Assembly: GCA_965220745.1 (NCBI GenBank)
Contig: CBDCQT010000013.1
Coordinates: forward strand, 1,017,339 to 1,081,338
DNA length: 64,000 nt
Origin: Alphaproteobacteria bacterium
Lineage (GTDB): Bacteria; Pseudomonadota; Alphaproteobacteria; UBA828
Reading direction: 5' to 3'
Each line of letters starts with the position of its first letter. Position 1 is the first letter of the stretch. Both the position numbers and the translations under genes were made by a program. The notes under the pieces were generated by a model. That model made no database searches and was not told where the DNA came from. It saw nothing but the letters and a program-made list of their open reading frames with translations. Below, in pieces: positions 27,396 to 36,962 of the stretch.

Positions 27396-28508
27396 GTGGA
27401 CGCCGCGGCCCTCCAGCCTGCCCGCCGTGGCGGCATCGCGTCAGAACGAGTCGCGCGCCAACGCCACGCCGTCGCCTGCTGGCTGCTCGCGCTCGCCGGC
27501 CTCGTGCTTGCGATGGTCGTGCTCGGCGGGATCACACGCCTCCACCACGCGGGCCTCTCGATCGTGGACTGGCGGCCGCTGGTCGGCGTGCTGCCGCCGT
27601 TCGGCGAGGAGGCATGGCAGGCGCTCTTCGCCGACTACAAGCGCTTCCCCGAGTACCAGGAAATCAACCGGGGCATGACCCTCGACGAGTTCAAGGGAAT
27701 CTTCTGGCTGGAGTATGCGCACCGGCTGCTGGGGCGCATCGTCGGCATCGCCTTCGCGCTGCCCTTCCTCTGGTTCCTGATCCGGCGCGCCTTCGACTGG
27801 CCGCTGGGTCTCAAGGTGCTGGCCATTGGGGTTCTCGGCGGGCTCCAGGGGCTGCTCGGCTGGTACATGGTGCAGAGCGGGCTGGTAGACCGGCCCGACG
27901 TGAGCCCCTACCGGCTTGCCGCCCACCTTGGGCTCGCCGTGGCGATCTACGGCTGCCTCATCTGGGTGGCGCTCGGCCTCCTGACGGGAAGCACGATTGA
28001 GCGCGTCCGCCAGACAGGCCGCTGGCGCGGCGCCGTGTGGGGAGCCACGGGACTGGTGTTCCTGACGATCACCTCGGGCGCCTTCGTCGCCGGCAACGAC
28101 GCGGGCCTCGCCTACAACACGTTTCCGCTGATGGCCGATGCCATCGTGCCGCCGGACATATTCCTGATCGAGCCACTATGGCGGAACTTCTTCGAGACCG
28201 TGCCGCTGGTGCAGCTCGACCACCGCCTGCTGGCGATGCTCACCGCTCTGGTCGTGATCCTGCTCTGGGCCGCTGCGCTACGCTGGCTGGGGCCGACACC
28301 GGCGCGGGTCGCGTTTCACGCGGCGGCAGGGGCAGTGCTCGGCCAGTTCGTGCTCGGGATTGCCACGCTGCTCACCTTCGTGCCGGTGCCGCTGGGCGCG
28401 GCGCATCAGGTGGGCGCGATGGTGGTGTTCACGGCGATTCTGGTCGCGCTTCGCCTGCTGTATCCGGTGCGGGCGGCTCCGCCTCCTGCGCCGCCTTCCG
28501 GCCCTTGA
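27396..28508 (+). CDS. ctaA: Heme A synthase (COX15/CtaA)
   Basis: GGITRL..AGLSI, EYAHRLLGR, GWYMVQSGL, YRLAAHL, AGLAYNTFP, HR, HQ. Confidence 0.93.
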   Translation: MDAAALQPARRGGIASERVARQRHAVACWLLALAGLVLAMVVLGGITRLHHAGLSIVDWRPLVGVLPPFGEEAWQALFADYKRFPEYQEINRGMTLDEFKGIFWLEYAHRLLGRIVGIAFALPFLWFLIRRAFDWPLGLKVLAIGVLGGLQGLLGWYMVQSGLVDRPDVSPYRLAAHLGLAVAIYGCLIWVALGLLTGSTIERVRQTGRWRGAVWGATGLVFLTITSGAFVAGNDAGLAYNTFPLMADAIVPPDIFLIEPLWRNFFETVPLVQLDHRLLAMLTALVVILLWAAALRWLGPTPARVAFHAAAGAVLGQFVLGIATLLTFVPVPLGAAHQVGAMVVFTAILVALRLLYPVRAAPPPAPPSGP

Positions 28509-29193
28509 CGAAGCGCTTGATGAGCCGGGGCATGAAGCCGATCAGGCCGAGCACGGCGAGGCCGAGCAGGGCGTTCTGAACCAGATCGCCGTCGCCGGTG
28601 GCGAGCGAGCGCCCGGCGTGGCCGAGGTAGGCGTATGCCGCCGCGCCCGGCGCCATGAAGACGACCGACGCCAACGCATAGGCCACGAGGCGGATGCGCG
28701 TGAGCCCCAGCGCGTAGTTGAGCGCGTTGAAGGGGATGAAGGGGATCAGCCGGGTCATGGCGACGAAGCGCCAGCCTTCGTCCTCAACGCCCTCGATCAC
28801 CCGTTGCACCCGCGCCGGCGTGCGCGCGGCGATCCAGTCGGCCAGCACGTAGCGAGCGACGAGGAAGGCGATGGTCGCGCCCACCGTCGCGCCGATCAGG
28901 GCGATGAGCGTGCCGACGTAGGGGCCGAAGAGGGCGCCGGCCGCGAGCGTGAACAGCAGGCCGGGCAGGAAGAGCACCGTGGCAAGCACATAGGCGAGGA
29001 AGAAGACCGCCGGCGCCCAGGGGCCGAAGCCGGTGATCCAGGCTTCCAGTGCCGCCGAATCGATACTGTCCCGATTCATCACGGCGACGACGATGCCCGC
29101 GATAACAACGGCCAGCAGCAGAAGGCGCGGCAGCGCCTTGCGCAGGCGCTGGAGGCGGGGGATTTGGGGGGAAGTGCTCACAGTCGTGGTCAT
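28429..29193 (-). CDS. TVP38/TMEM64 (DedA/VTT) membrane protein
   Basis: LFLPG..FTLAAGALFG, RLIPFIPFNALNYALG. Confidence 0.9.
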   Translation of the reverse strand: MTTTVSTSPQIPRLQRLRKALPRLLLLAVVIAGIVVAVMNRDSIDSAALEAWITGFGPWAPAVFFLAYVLATVLFLPGLLFTLAAGALFGPYVGTLIALIGATVGATIAFLVARYVLADWIAARTPARVQRVIEGVEDEGWRFVAMTRLIPFIPFNALNYALGLTRIRLVAYALASVVFMAPGAAAYAYLGHAGRSLATGDGDLVQNALLGLAVLGLIGFMPRLIKRFVKGRKAAQEAEPPAPDTAGEARPESP

Positions 29194-30425
29194 GCGCGAA
29201 CTCCTTCTGCGGCTGGTGCCGCAGCGCGATCGAGACCGAACAGGGGGCGCAGACGCGCGCCGAGCGCCGCGCCGGGAAGGGCGGCCAGCAGCCAGAGCCA
29301 GCCGTGCACGCTGCCTGAGGCGATGCCACTGAAGAGGGCGCCGATGTTGCAGCCGAAGGCCAGCCTGGCGCCGTAGCCGAGCAGAAGGCCGCCGATCACC
29401 GCGCTCGCCACGGCGCCGAGGGTGAGCCGGCTGCGGGAGGCGAAGCGGCCGGCGAGCGCGGCGCCCAGCAGCGCGCCCAGGATCAGGCCCACGTTCATTA
29501 CCGACACGGTGTCGTGTTCCACACCGGCGGCGAGCTTTCGCGCCGGCCCGGGCCACTGCCAGAAGGTCCAGTCGGCGATGCCGAAACCCAGGGCATCGGC
29601 CAGTGAGGCGCCCCAGAGCGCGAAGCCCCAGGTAACGCTCCACGGATGGCCCGCGATCAGCAGCGTCGCGAGGTTGAGGAGCGCCAGGGCGAGTGCGCCC
29701 CAGGCGAGCGGCCAGCCTCCATGCAGCAACCGCTCGCGCCAGTCGCTGCCGCCGCCCCACAGGAGGGGCTCGTGGGTGCCGTGGCGCCGCCGCTCCAGGT
29801 AGAGCGCGCCCAGCACGAGGAGGCCGATGGCGGCAAGCTGAACCGCGAGGCCCGCCGGCCAGCCAAGTGTGTTGGGGATCGAGAGCGCGGCGAGCCGGGG
29901 CTGGTCGAGCCACCAGGGCAGGTGCGCCGTGCCGATCACCGAGCCCGCGATGAAGGCGCCAAGCGTGATCGCCATGCGAAGGCTGCCGGTGCCGGCGCCG
30001 CTCAAGGTGCCGGAGGCGCAGCCGCCGCCGAGCTGCATGCCGATGCCGAACAGGAAGGCCCCGAGCGCAACGGAGACTCCGACGGGCGCCAGCGCGCCGC
30101 CAAGCCCCTGGCCGAACGCGCTGCCGCCGGCGAGCAGCGGCGCGAACGCGATGCTTGCTGCGGCGATCATCAGGAGTTGCGCCCGGACGCCCGCGCCACG
30201 GCGGTCCACCAGAAGCCGTCGGGTCGACGAGGCGAAGCCGAAGAGCGCGTGGTGGAGAGCCAGTCCTGCCAGACCGCCTACGACCAGCAACGCCGCCAAG
30301 CGTCCGTCCACCGTGATCGCGAGCGCGACGATGCCGGCGGCGATCAGTGCTCCCGCCACAGCTATGACCGCGACCTGCGGTCGTGCTGAAGGTATGGCGG
30401 CGGCCGTTGGCATGGCGGTGCTCAT
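29190..30425 (-). CDS. YeeE/YedE sulfur-compound transporter
   Basis: FGFAS, GMQLGGGCASG, GYGARLAFGCNIG. Confidence 0.9.
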   Translation of the reverse strand: MSTAMPTAAAIPSARPQVAVIAVAGALIAAGIVALAITVDGRLAALLVVGGLAGLALHHALFGFASSTRRLLVDRRGAGVRAQLLMIAAASIAFAPLLAGGSAFGQGLGGALAPVGVSVALGAFLFGIGMQLGGGCASGTLSGAGTGSLRMAITLGAFIAGSVIGTAHLPWWLDQPRLAALSIPNTLGWPAGLAVQLAAIGLLVLGALYLERRRHGTHEPLLWGGGSDWRERLLHGGWPLAWGALALALLNLATLLIAGHPWSVTWGFALWGASLADALGFGIADWTFWQWPGPARKLAAGVEHDTVSVMNVGLILGALLGAALAGRFASRSRLTLGAVASAVIGGLLLGYGARLAFGCNIGALFSGIASGSVHGWLWLLAALPGAALGARLRPLFGLDRAAAPAAEGVRA

Positions 30426-30484
30426 GGAATTGACTATTGGGCGCGTGCCGGGCGCGCGCCAATAACATTATCTTGAGGGTGCTA

Positions 30485-31354
30485 TTACCAAACGAACGTC
30501 GAAAGCGCCTTGCTCGGCCTGACCCTCGCCGCCCGACAGGCCTCCTCCAACGCGCGGGCGCTCGGCGCCTCTCCCGGTGCGAGGTCGAGCGCGTCGGCCA
30601 GCAGGCCGCCGGTAATCAGCAGTGAATCGAGGCCGGCGGCGGCAGCGCCCGCGATATCGGTGGCGAGGCCGTCGCCGACCGCAAGCACACGGGCGGGCGG
30701 GAGGCCGAGCGCCGCCAGAGCCAAATCGTAGACCTCGGGGTAGGGCTTGCCGAAGTAGCGCACGCGGCCGCCGAGCTCTTCGTAGCGGGCGGCAAGCGCA
30801 CCGGCGCAGGGCTCCTGGACTCCAAGCCGGATCACGACAAGGTCGGGATTGACGCAAATCATGGGCAGGTCGCGGGTGGCTGCGGCCTGCAGGATCGGCT
30901 CGTGGGCTTCCACCGTGTTGCAACCGTCGTCGAGGCCGATGCCGAGCAGAAATTCCGCCTCAGCGATGTCGCCGACGGGGGCATAGCCCAGACCGTCGAT
31001 CACGTCGTCGGACCAGGGTGGCCCGAGCAGGTGGTAGCGGGTACCGAGCCCGTCAGCAGCGGGGTGCGAGTGGTCGGCAAGGGCCTGCCGCGTGGCATCG
31101 CCCGAAGCGACCACGGCGTCGTAAAGCGCCGCATCGACACCCTTGCCGTCGAGGGTAGTTTCGACCTGATGAGCGAGCCGCGGCGCATTGGAGAGGAACA
31201 CCACCCGCTTGCCGGCCGCGCGCAGCCGGCGCACGCAGGCAACCGCCTCGGGGTAGGCCGGTCCACCCTGATGCATCACGCCCCAGACATCGAGGATATA
31301 GCCGTCATAATCCGCCGCGAGCGCGGCCAGGCCGGGAACGATTGGAATCGTCAT
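30485..31354 (-). CDS. HAD-IIA hydrolase (TIGR01459-like)
   Basis: DVWGV, LSNAPR, CVNPD, GKP, GDGLATDIAGA. Confidence 0.88.
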   Translation of the reverse strand: MTIPIVPGLAALAADYDGYILDVWGVMHQGGPAYPEAVACVRRLRAAGKRVVFLSNAPRLAHQVETTLDGKGVDAALYDAVVASGDATRQALADHSHPAADGLGTRYHLLGPPWSDDVIDGLGYAPVGDIAEAEFLLGIGLDDGCNTVEAHEPILQAAATRDLPMICVNPDLVVIRLGVQEPCAGALAARYEELGGRVRYFGKPYPEVYDLALAALGLPPARVLAVGDGLATDIAGAAAAGLDSLLITGGLLADALDLAPGEAPSARALEEACRAARVRPSKALSTFVW

Positions 31355-31529
31355 CGGGCGCCCTTGTCCCATCCGCCGTGCCGATTTGCAAAGTGCGCCG
31401 GCGGATGGGCGGCGTTTGAGGGATGCACGAAACGCATCGGTGGCCTGCGACGGACGCGGTTTTCCTCTCTCGGGAACCGCTCTAGAGTGTTATGGGCGCG
31501 AGGCCAATGACAGAAAAGGGAGGGTGGTC

Positions 31530-32834
31530 ATGAGAATTCGTCATCTGTTGATCGGAGTCGCCGCGGCAGCGGTGGCCGTCTGGTCGCTTACGACGGCAGC
31601 GCCCGCTGCCGACCCCATCAAAGTCGGTTACATCGGCTCCTTCGATACCGATACCGGAAAGAGCACGATCCGAGGCACCGAGATCGCCATCGAGGAGCTC
31701 AACGCCGCCGGCGGCGTGCTCGGCGGGCGCATGATCGAGCTGGTCATGGCCGATACGCGCGAGGACGTGCAGGAAGGCATCCGGGCCTACGAGTATCTCA
31801 ACGAAGTCGAGAACGTGGACTTCATCATCTCGGGCTGCATCGACGACGTGTCGCTGGGCTGGCTCGAGCGCATGGCGGAGTACCGGACGCCGACCCTCGA
31901 CACCTGGACCTCTTACGTCGGCATCATCGACAAGGTCGTCGAGGAGTACGAGAAGTACAAGATGTACTTCATGAACGTGTCCAACGACTACGCGCTCGCG
32001 ATTCTCTACGTCGACTTCGGCAAGGACGTGCTCGCCAAGAAGATGGGCTGGAAGACCGTGTACGTGCTGCAGGAGGACACTGCGTTCGGCGGCGGCGTGT
32101 ACGAGCTGATCGAGCAGGTGCTGGCACCTGAGGCCGGCATCGAGATCATCGGTCACACCGTCTACGACACCAACACGGTCGACTTCGGGCCGATCTACAA
32201 CAAGGCAGTGGCGGCGGAGCCCGACTTCATCTACTCGATCGCGGCGGTGCGCAGCCAGGTGCCGGCCTCGCAGTACGTGAAGCTCGAGGTGCCGGTGCCG
32301 ATGACCGGGATCAACGTCTCGGCCTTCGCCCGGGAGTTCTGGGACGACACCGGCGGCCTCGGCGGCGGCATCTCGACGCTGAGCCCGGTGCCTTCGATCG
32401 GCTCGGAAATCGACCCGCGTACGCAGGACTTCCTCGACAGGTACGCCGCCAAGTACGGCGATTCGCGGCCGGTCTTCCCGCACTTCAACGGCTTCAACGC
32501 CTACTACGGGATGCTCAACGCCTTCGCCGCGGCCGAGCGCGCTGGCGGCTTCGCGCCGCTCGACGACTGGGTCCGCGAGATGGAGAACGACGACATCGTC
32601 ATCGAGAAGGACGGCGAGATCTGGCTCCGTTACGCCTTCTGGAAGCCGGGCGAGATCGAGCCCCGGACCCAGCGGGAGTACACCCACAACATCAAGTTCG
32701 ACATCAATCCGCCCTATGACGAAGGGGCGCCGTCGATGGTCGTCATCCAGTGGTACTCGGACGGCACGACCAAGGTGGTGTATCCGCCGAAATACGCCAA
32801 CGGCGAGTTCGAGGTGCCGGACTGGTTGAAGTAG
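31530..32834 (+). CDS. Liv-type ABC substrate-binding protein
   Basis: Signal peptide; DPIKVG, AIEELNAAGGVLGGR; precedes LivHMGF-like genes. Confidence 0.85.
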   Translation: MRIRHLLIGVAAAAVAVWSLTTAAPAADPIKVGYIGSFDTDTGKSTIRGTEIAIEELNAAGGVLGGRMIELVMADTREDVQEGIRAYEYLNEVENVDFIISGCIDDVSLGWLERMAEYRTPTLDTWTSYVGIIDKVVEEYEKYKMYFMNVSNDYALAILYVDFGKDVLAKKMGWKTVYVLQEDTAFGGGVYELIEQVLAPEAGIEIIGHTVYDTNTVDFGPIYNKAVAAEPDFIYSIAAVRSQVPASQYVKLEVPVPMTGINVSAFAREFWDDTGGLGGGISTLSPVPSIGSEIDPRTQDFLDRYAAKYGDSRPVFPHFNGFNAYYGMLNAFAAAERAGGFAPLDDWVREMENDDIVIEKDGEIWLRYAFWKPGEIEPRTQREYTHNIKFDINPPYDEGAPSMVVIQWYSDGTTKVVYPPKYANGEFEVPDWLK

Positions 32835-32849
32835 GCGTCGCTATAGTTT

Positions 32850-32878
32850 CCGGGCGCGGCCTCACGGGTCGCGCCCGG
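32850..32878 (+). terminator. GC hairpin after the SBP gene
   Basis: CCGGGCGCGGCC...GGTCGCGCCCGG. Confidence 0.5.
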
Positions 32879-32885
32879 TCTAATT

Positions 32886-32907
32886 TGTCTGTAGCCTGTC
32901 TGTAGCC
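32886..32907. repeat. 11-bp perfect tandem repeat TGTCTGTAGCC x2
   Basis: Seen directly in the intergenic sequence. Confidence 0.8.
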
Positions 32908-32982
32908 GGCCGGAGCAGACCATGTTGGCGCTGCTTCGGCCGCTACACGAATGTCGATTCGACGGCGGGTGAGCCGACCCGG

Positions 32983-33837
32983 ATGGCGCTCCAGATCCTG
33001 ATCCAGGGGTTTGTCCTCAGCGGCCTTTATGCGCTGATTGCCGTCGGTTTCACCATGATCTTCAGCGTGGGCCGGGTGCTGAACCTCGCCTACGGCGTCT
33101 ACATCATGCTCGGCGGCTACATCTACTACGCGGCCCTCCAGGGGGCGGGGCTGCCGGTCTTCGCGAGCTTCATCCTGGCGATACTGGCGGGCGTGACCTT
33201 CGGCCTGCTCACCTACCTGCTCCTGGTCCGCCGGCTGGAAGACAACCCGATCGCGGTCGAGATATCGACGCTGATCCTCGCCGTGGTCATGCAGGCGCTG
33301 ATCGTGGTGATCTTCGGCGCCGCGCCCAAGACCATGTGGCCGGTGATCAGAGGCGTGCTCCGCTTCGAGGGCATCTCGGTCACCATGAACATCCTGCTCG
33401 CCACGGGCGTGAGCTGGATCGTGCTCGGCGGCCTCATGGCCTTTGTGCGCTACACTCACCTCGGCCGCGCGATACGCGCGGTCTCCATGGACCGCAAGGG
33501 CGCGGTGATCTCGGGCATCGAGCCGAGCTTCATCAGCATGGTGACCTGGGCGCTCTCCGGCGCCTTCGGCGCCATCGCCGGGGTCTTCTTCGCGACCTTC
33601 ACCCAGCTCGATTCGCACATGTGGGTGTTTCCGCTCATCATCTCGGTCGCCGTGGTGATCGTCGGCGGCATCGGCAGCATCGTGGGCAGTCTGATCGCGG
33701 CCCACATCATCGGCTTCGTGGAGACCATCACGACCACGATGATCGCGGCCGAGCTGCGCGGCGTCTCCACCATGCTGCTCATCATCCTGGTCCTGCTGAT
33801 CCGGCCCAAGGGCCTGTTCGGCAGGGCGGAGCTCTGA
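32983..33837 (+). CDS. Branched-chain amino acid-type ABC permease (LivH-like)
   Basis: YALIAVGFTMIF..VLNLA, GRAIRAVS, GGIGS, RPKGLFG. Confidence 0.9.
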   Translation: MALQILIQGFVLSGLYALIAVGFTMIFSVGRVLNLAYGVYIMLGGYIYYAALQGAGLPVFASFILAILAGVTFGLLTYLLLVRRLEDNPIAVEISTLILAVVMQALIVVIFGAAPKTMWPVIRGVLRFEGISVTMNILLATGVSWIVLGGLMAFVRYTHLGRAIRAVSMDRKGAVISGIEPSFISMVTWALSGAFGAIAGVFFATFTQLDSHMWVFPLIISVAVVIVGGIGSIVGSLIAAHIIGFVETITTTMIAAELRGVSTMLLIILVLLIRPKGLFGRAEL

Positions 33838-33840
33838 GCC

Positions 33841-34794
33841 GTGGCCATCGACCGCGAGACGCTGCGTTATCTCGGCTGGTGGCTCGCCTTCGGCGTGCTC
33901 ATGTGCCTGCTGCCCTTTGTGGTTGGCACCGGCACGCTGCGCATCCTGATCTTCGCCCACTTCCTGGCGATGTTCGCCATGAGCTGGGATTTTCTCTCTG
34001 GCCGGACGGGCTACATCAGCTTCGGCCACCCCTTCCTGATCGGCATCGCCGGCTACACCACGGCGATCCTCAGCTTCCGCTTCGACGTGCCGATCTACTA
34101 CAGCATTCCGGCGGCGATCGTCGCGACCATGGTGGGCGGCACGCTCTTCTTCCTGCCGGCGCTACGTATCCGTGGCACCTATTTCGCCCTGGTGACGCTC
34201 GCCTTCATGGAGATTCTCTACCAGCTCACCAAGGTGGTGGCGCCCAAGATCACCGGCGGCACGCGGGGCATGTCGGGCCTCGAGTCCATCGTCACCGGCG
34301 CGGTCAACAACTATTACCTGAGCTTCGGAATCATGTTCGTGACCGGCGTGGTGCTCTGGCTGCTCATCCGCACGCGGCTCGGTATCGCGCTGAGCGCCAT
34401 CAGGATGAACGAGGAGGCGGTTCGCAGCACCGGCCACAACACCACCAAGCTCAAGCTCTTCGCCTTCACCGTGAGCGCGGCGGTGTCCGGCATCGGCGGC
34501 GCTTTCTATGTCCACTACATCGGCTCGATTGCGCCGCGCGGCATGTTCGAGATCAACTTCCTCTTCACCATCCTGGTGGCGGCGCTGCTGGGCGGGGCGG
34601 AGACCATCATCGGCCCGATCATGGGCGCCTACTTCCTGACCGTTCTGCTTGAGTATCTCAGGCCGGTGATGCCCGGCATGGAACGCTACCTCCTCTACGG
34701 CGCGATCGCGCTGGTGCTCTACGTGGTCCGGCCCGAGGGCATCTACAGCATCATCGCTGATGCCGGCCGCAAGGTGCAGGAGTGGCGGCGGTGA
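33841..34794 (+). CDS. Branched-chain amino acid-type ABC permease (LivM-like)
   Basis: GYISFGH, RIRGTYFALVTLAF, ITGG..G, AIRMNEEA. Confidence 0.9.
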   Translation: MAIDRETLRYLGWWLAFGVLMCLLPFVVGTGTLRILIFAHFLAMFAMSWDFLSGRTGYISFGHPFLIGIAGYTTAILSFRFDVPIYYSIPAAIVATMVGGTLFFLPALRIRGTYFALVTLAFMEILYQLTKVVAPKITGGTRGMSGLESIVTGAVNNYYLSFGIMFVTGVVLWLLIRTRLGIALSAIRMNEEAVRSTGHNTTKLKLFAFTVSAAVSGIGGAFYVHYIGSIAPRGMFEINFLFTILVAALLGGAETIIGPIMGAYFLTVLLEYLRPVMPGMERYLLYGAIALVLYVVRPEGIYSIIADAGRKVQEWRR

Positions 34795-35534
34795 CGGCGG
34801 CGACAAGCCCGCTGCTGGAGGTACGCGACCTCCACATGACCTTCGGCGGCATCCGCGCCGTGCAGGGGATCTCGTTCCAGGTGGCGGAGGGCGAGACGCT
34901 GGGCCTGATCGGACCCAACGGCGCCGGCAAGACCACCGTCTTCAACATGATCATGGCGGAGCTCAGGCCCACCAGCGGCCAGATCTGGTTCAGGGGCGAG
35001 AACATCACCCGCGTGCCCACTTACGAGCGGGTGAAGCGCGGCATCGCGCGCACCTATCAGGTGCCTCAGCCCTTCGCCGAGATGTCGGTGGGCGCCAACA
35101 TCCGCGTCGGCATGGCGCCGGACGACATCTGGAAGCTGGTCAGCGAGGGGGCGGACCACGCGGCGGAAGCGGACATCGGGCGCAGCGTCGGCTTCTCCGA
35201 CGAGCAGATCGACATGCTGCCGAGCGAGCTCGCCATGGGCGACCTGCGCCGGCTGGAGATGGCGCGCAACGTCGCCGTCGCGCCCACGCTGCTGCTGCTG
35301 GACGAGGTCTTCGCCGGCCTGACGCTGCGCGAGATCGGCCAGATTTCCGAGCTTCTGGTCGAGAAGAAGCAAAGAGACGGGCTCACCTACATCATCGTGA
35401 GCCACGACCTGCGCGCGCTCGCACCGCTGGTCGACCGGGTGATCGTGATGTCCTTCGGCGAGATCATTGCGGAGGGCACCTTCGACGACGTGGTGCGCGA
35501 CGAGGCGGTGCGCGACGCCTACCTCGGGCAATAG
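34791..35534 (+). CDS. ABC ATP-binding protein (LivG-like)
   Basis: FGGIRAV, GPNGAGKTT, LLLDE, SHD, VRDAYLG. Confidence 0.9.
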   Translation: MTAATSPLLEVRDLHMTFGGIRAVQGISFQVAEGETLGLIGPNGAGKTTVFNMIMAELRPTSGQIWFRGENITRVPTYERVKRGIARTYQVPQPFAEMSVGANIRVGMAPDDIWKLVSEGADHAAEADIGRSVGFSDEQIDMLPSELAMGDLRRLEMARNVAVAPTLLLLDEVFAGLTLREIGQISELLVEKKQRDGLTYIIVSHDLRALAPLVDRVIVMSFGEIIAEGTFDDVVRDEAVRDAYLGQ

Positions 35535-35555
35535 GAGCGGGGAGGGGAGACGACC

Positions 35556-36260
35556 GTGGCGCTGCTGAGCATCGGCGAGCTCGACGTCTTCTACGGCCGC
35601 GCGCAGGCGCTGCACGGCGTCTCGCTCGAGGTGGAAGCGGGGCAGATCGTCGCAGTCGTCGGCCCCAATGGCGCCGGCAAGTCGACGCTGCTCGACTCGA
35701 TCATCGGGCTCACCCGGCGGCGCGGCCGGATCGAGTTCGAGGGGCGCGACATCAGCCGCATGGCGCCGGCGCGGATCGTCCGCCTCGGCATCGGCTACGC
35801 GCCGGAGCGCGGCAACCTCTTCCCCTTCATGGGGGTGAAGGAGAACCTGCTGGTCGGCGCCTACCGCAAGCGCGATGCGATCGAGGAGAATCTCAAGACC
35901 GTCTTCGACCTCTTCCCGCGCCTGGAGGAACGTCAGAAACAGGAGACAGCGACTCAATCAGGCGGCGAGCGCCAGATGGCCTCGCTCGGCAGGGCGCTGA
36001 TGTCGAGCCCCAAGCTCCTGATGGTGGACGAGCCGACGCTTGGCCTCGCCCCCAAGGTGTGCCTCGACATCGCCGCCGTTCTCAGGGACTGCAACGAGCG
36101 GCTCGGTCTCACGATAATCATCACCGAGCAGAACGCGAACTTCGCCATGAGCCTTGCGCAGGAGGTCTACCTGCTGGAGACCGGCCACATGGGCGAGAAG
36201 CGGACGCCGGAAGAGCTGCGCGAATCCGCCGACATCGCGGCGGCCTACTTCGGCGATTGA
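35556..36260 (+). CDS. ABC ATP-binding protein (LivF-like)
   Basis: GPNGAGKST, LFPRLEER, SGGERQM, DEPTLGLAP, EQN. Confidence 0.9.
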   Translation: MALLSIGELDVFYGRAQALHGVSLEVEAGQIVAVVGPNGAGKSTLLDSIIGLTRRRGRIEFEGRDISRMAPARIVRLGIGYAPERGNLFPFMGVKENLLVGAYRKRDAIEENLKTVFDLFPRLEERQKQETATQSGGERQMASLGRALMSSPKLLMVDEPTLGLAPKVCLDIAAVLRDCNERLGLTIIITEQNANFAMSLAQEVYLLETGHMGEKRTPEELRESADIAAAYFGD

Positions 36261-36295
36261 GGGCCGGGCAGCGGCAAGAAAAACCGATGGACCGC

Positions 36296-36886
36296 TTATT
36301 TGGCTTCGGATTTCTTCTGCTTGGCGATCAGTTTCTCTTCAGGCGTCCTGCCCCGGCCGACATGAAATCGGTCGACGAATAGAGGTCTCTTCGATCCCTC
36401 CCGGTACCAGCTCATCACCATCGGCACGCCTGCCATCCTGAACAGGCCGATCTGAGGGCAGCGGCGATCGGTTTCCTTGGCGAGCTCCTTCACTCGCTCC
36501 GTCTTCTCGCGGGTCTTCACATGGAGATCGAAATTGATCTGCTCGTACTTGGGCTGCAGGTGAAGATCGAAAAAGAAGCCGCGGATATCGATGAGAGAGC
36601 GGATATCGGTCCTCAGATCCTGATACTTGAAGCCCTGATCGCGGGCCACCACGGCGATGGTGATCGAGGTGCAGGAGGCGAGAGCGCAGAGCTGAGCGTG
36701 GACCGGGGTCCAGCCGCGTGATTTCCCCTGAAGATCGGGTGGATCGCCGATGTCGAAGCCCTCGGGCTCGTCGAACATGATGGAAGGCTGGCCGTCGAAG
36801 TAGCCCTCCACGCGCATGTGCTCGAAGGACTTCGTGCTCACGTCCGAGATGCCGATGTAATCCGGATAGCGCGCTTCCCGTTCCAT
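36296..36886 (-). CDS. OsmC/Ohr-like protein
   Basis: DEP...G.TP...ALASC and distal RRCP cysteine pair. Confidence 0.7.
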   Translation of the reverse strand: MEREARYPDYIGISDVSTKSFEHMRVEGYFDGQPSIMFDEPEGFDIGDPPDLQGKSRGWTPVHAQLCALASCTSITIAVVARDQGFKYQDLRTDIRSLIDIRGFFFDLHLQPKYEQINFDLHVKTREKTERVKELAKETDRRCPQIGLFRMAGVPMVMSWYREGSKRPLFVDRFHVGRGRTPEEKLIAKQKKSEAK

Positions 36887-36962
36887 GGGGTGCTCCCTTA
36901 ATCCCGTTCGTACAGTCGTACACGGCGCTCAGGCTGCCGATATCCGCGCTGTCGGGGTCCCC

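Noticed and set aside
28429-28508. 80-bp convergent overlap of ctaA and the TVP38 gene
   Set aside because: Low-complexity tails; common in GC-rich genomes
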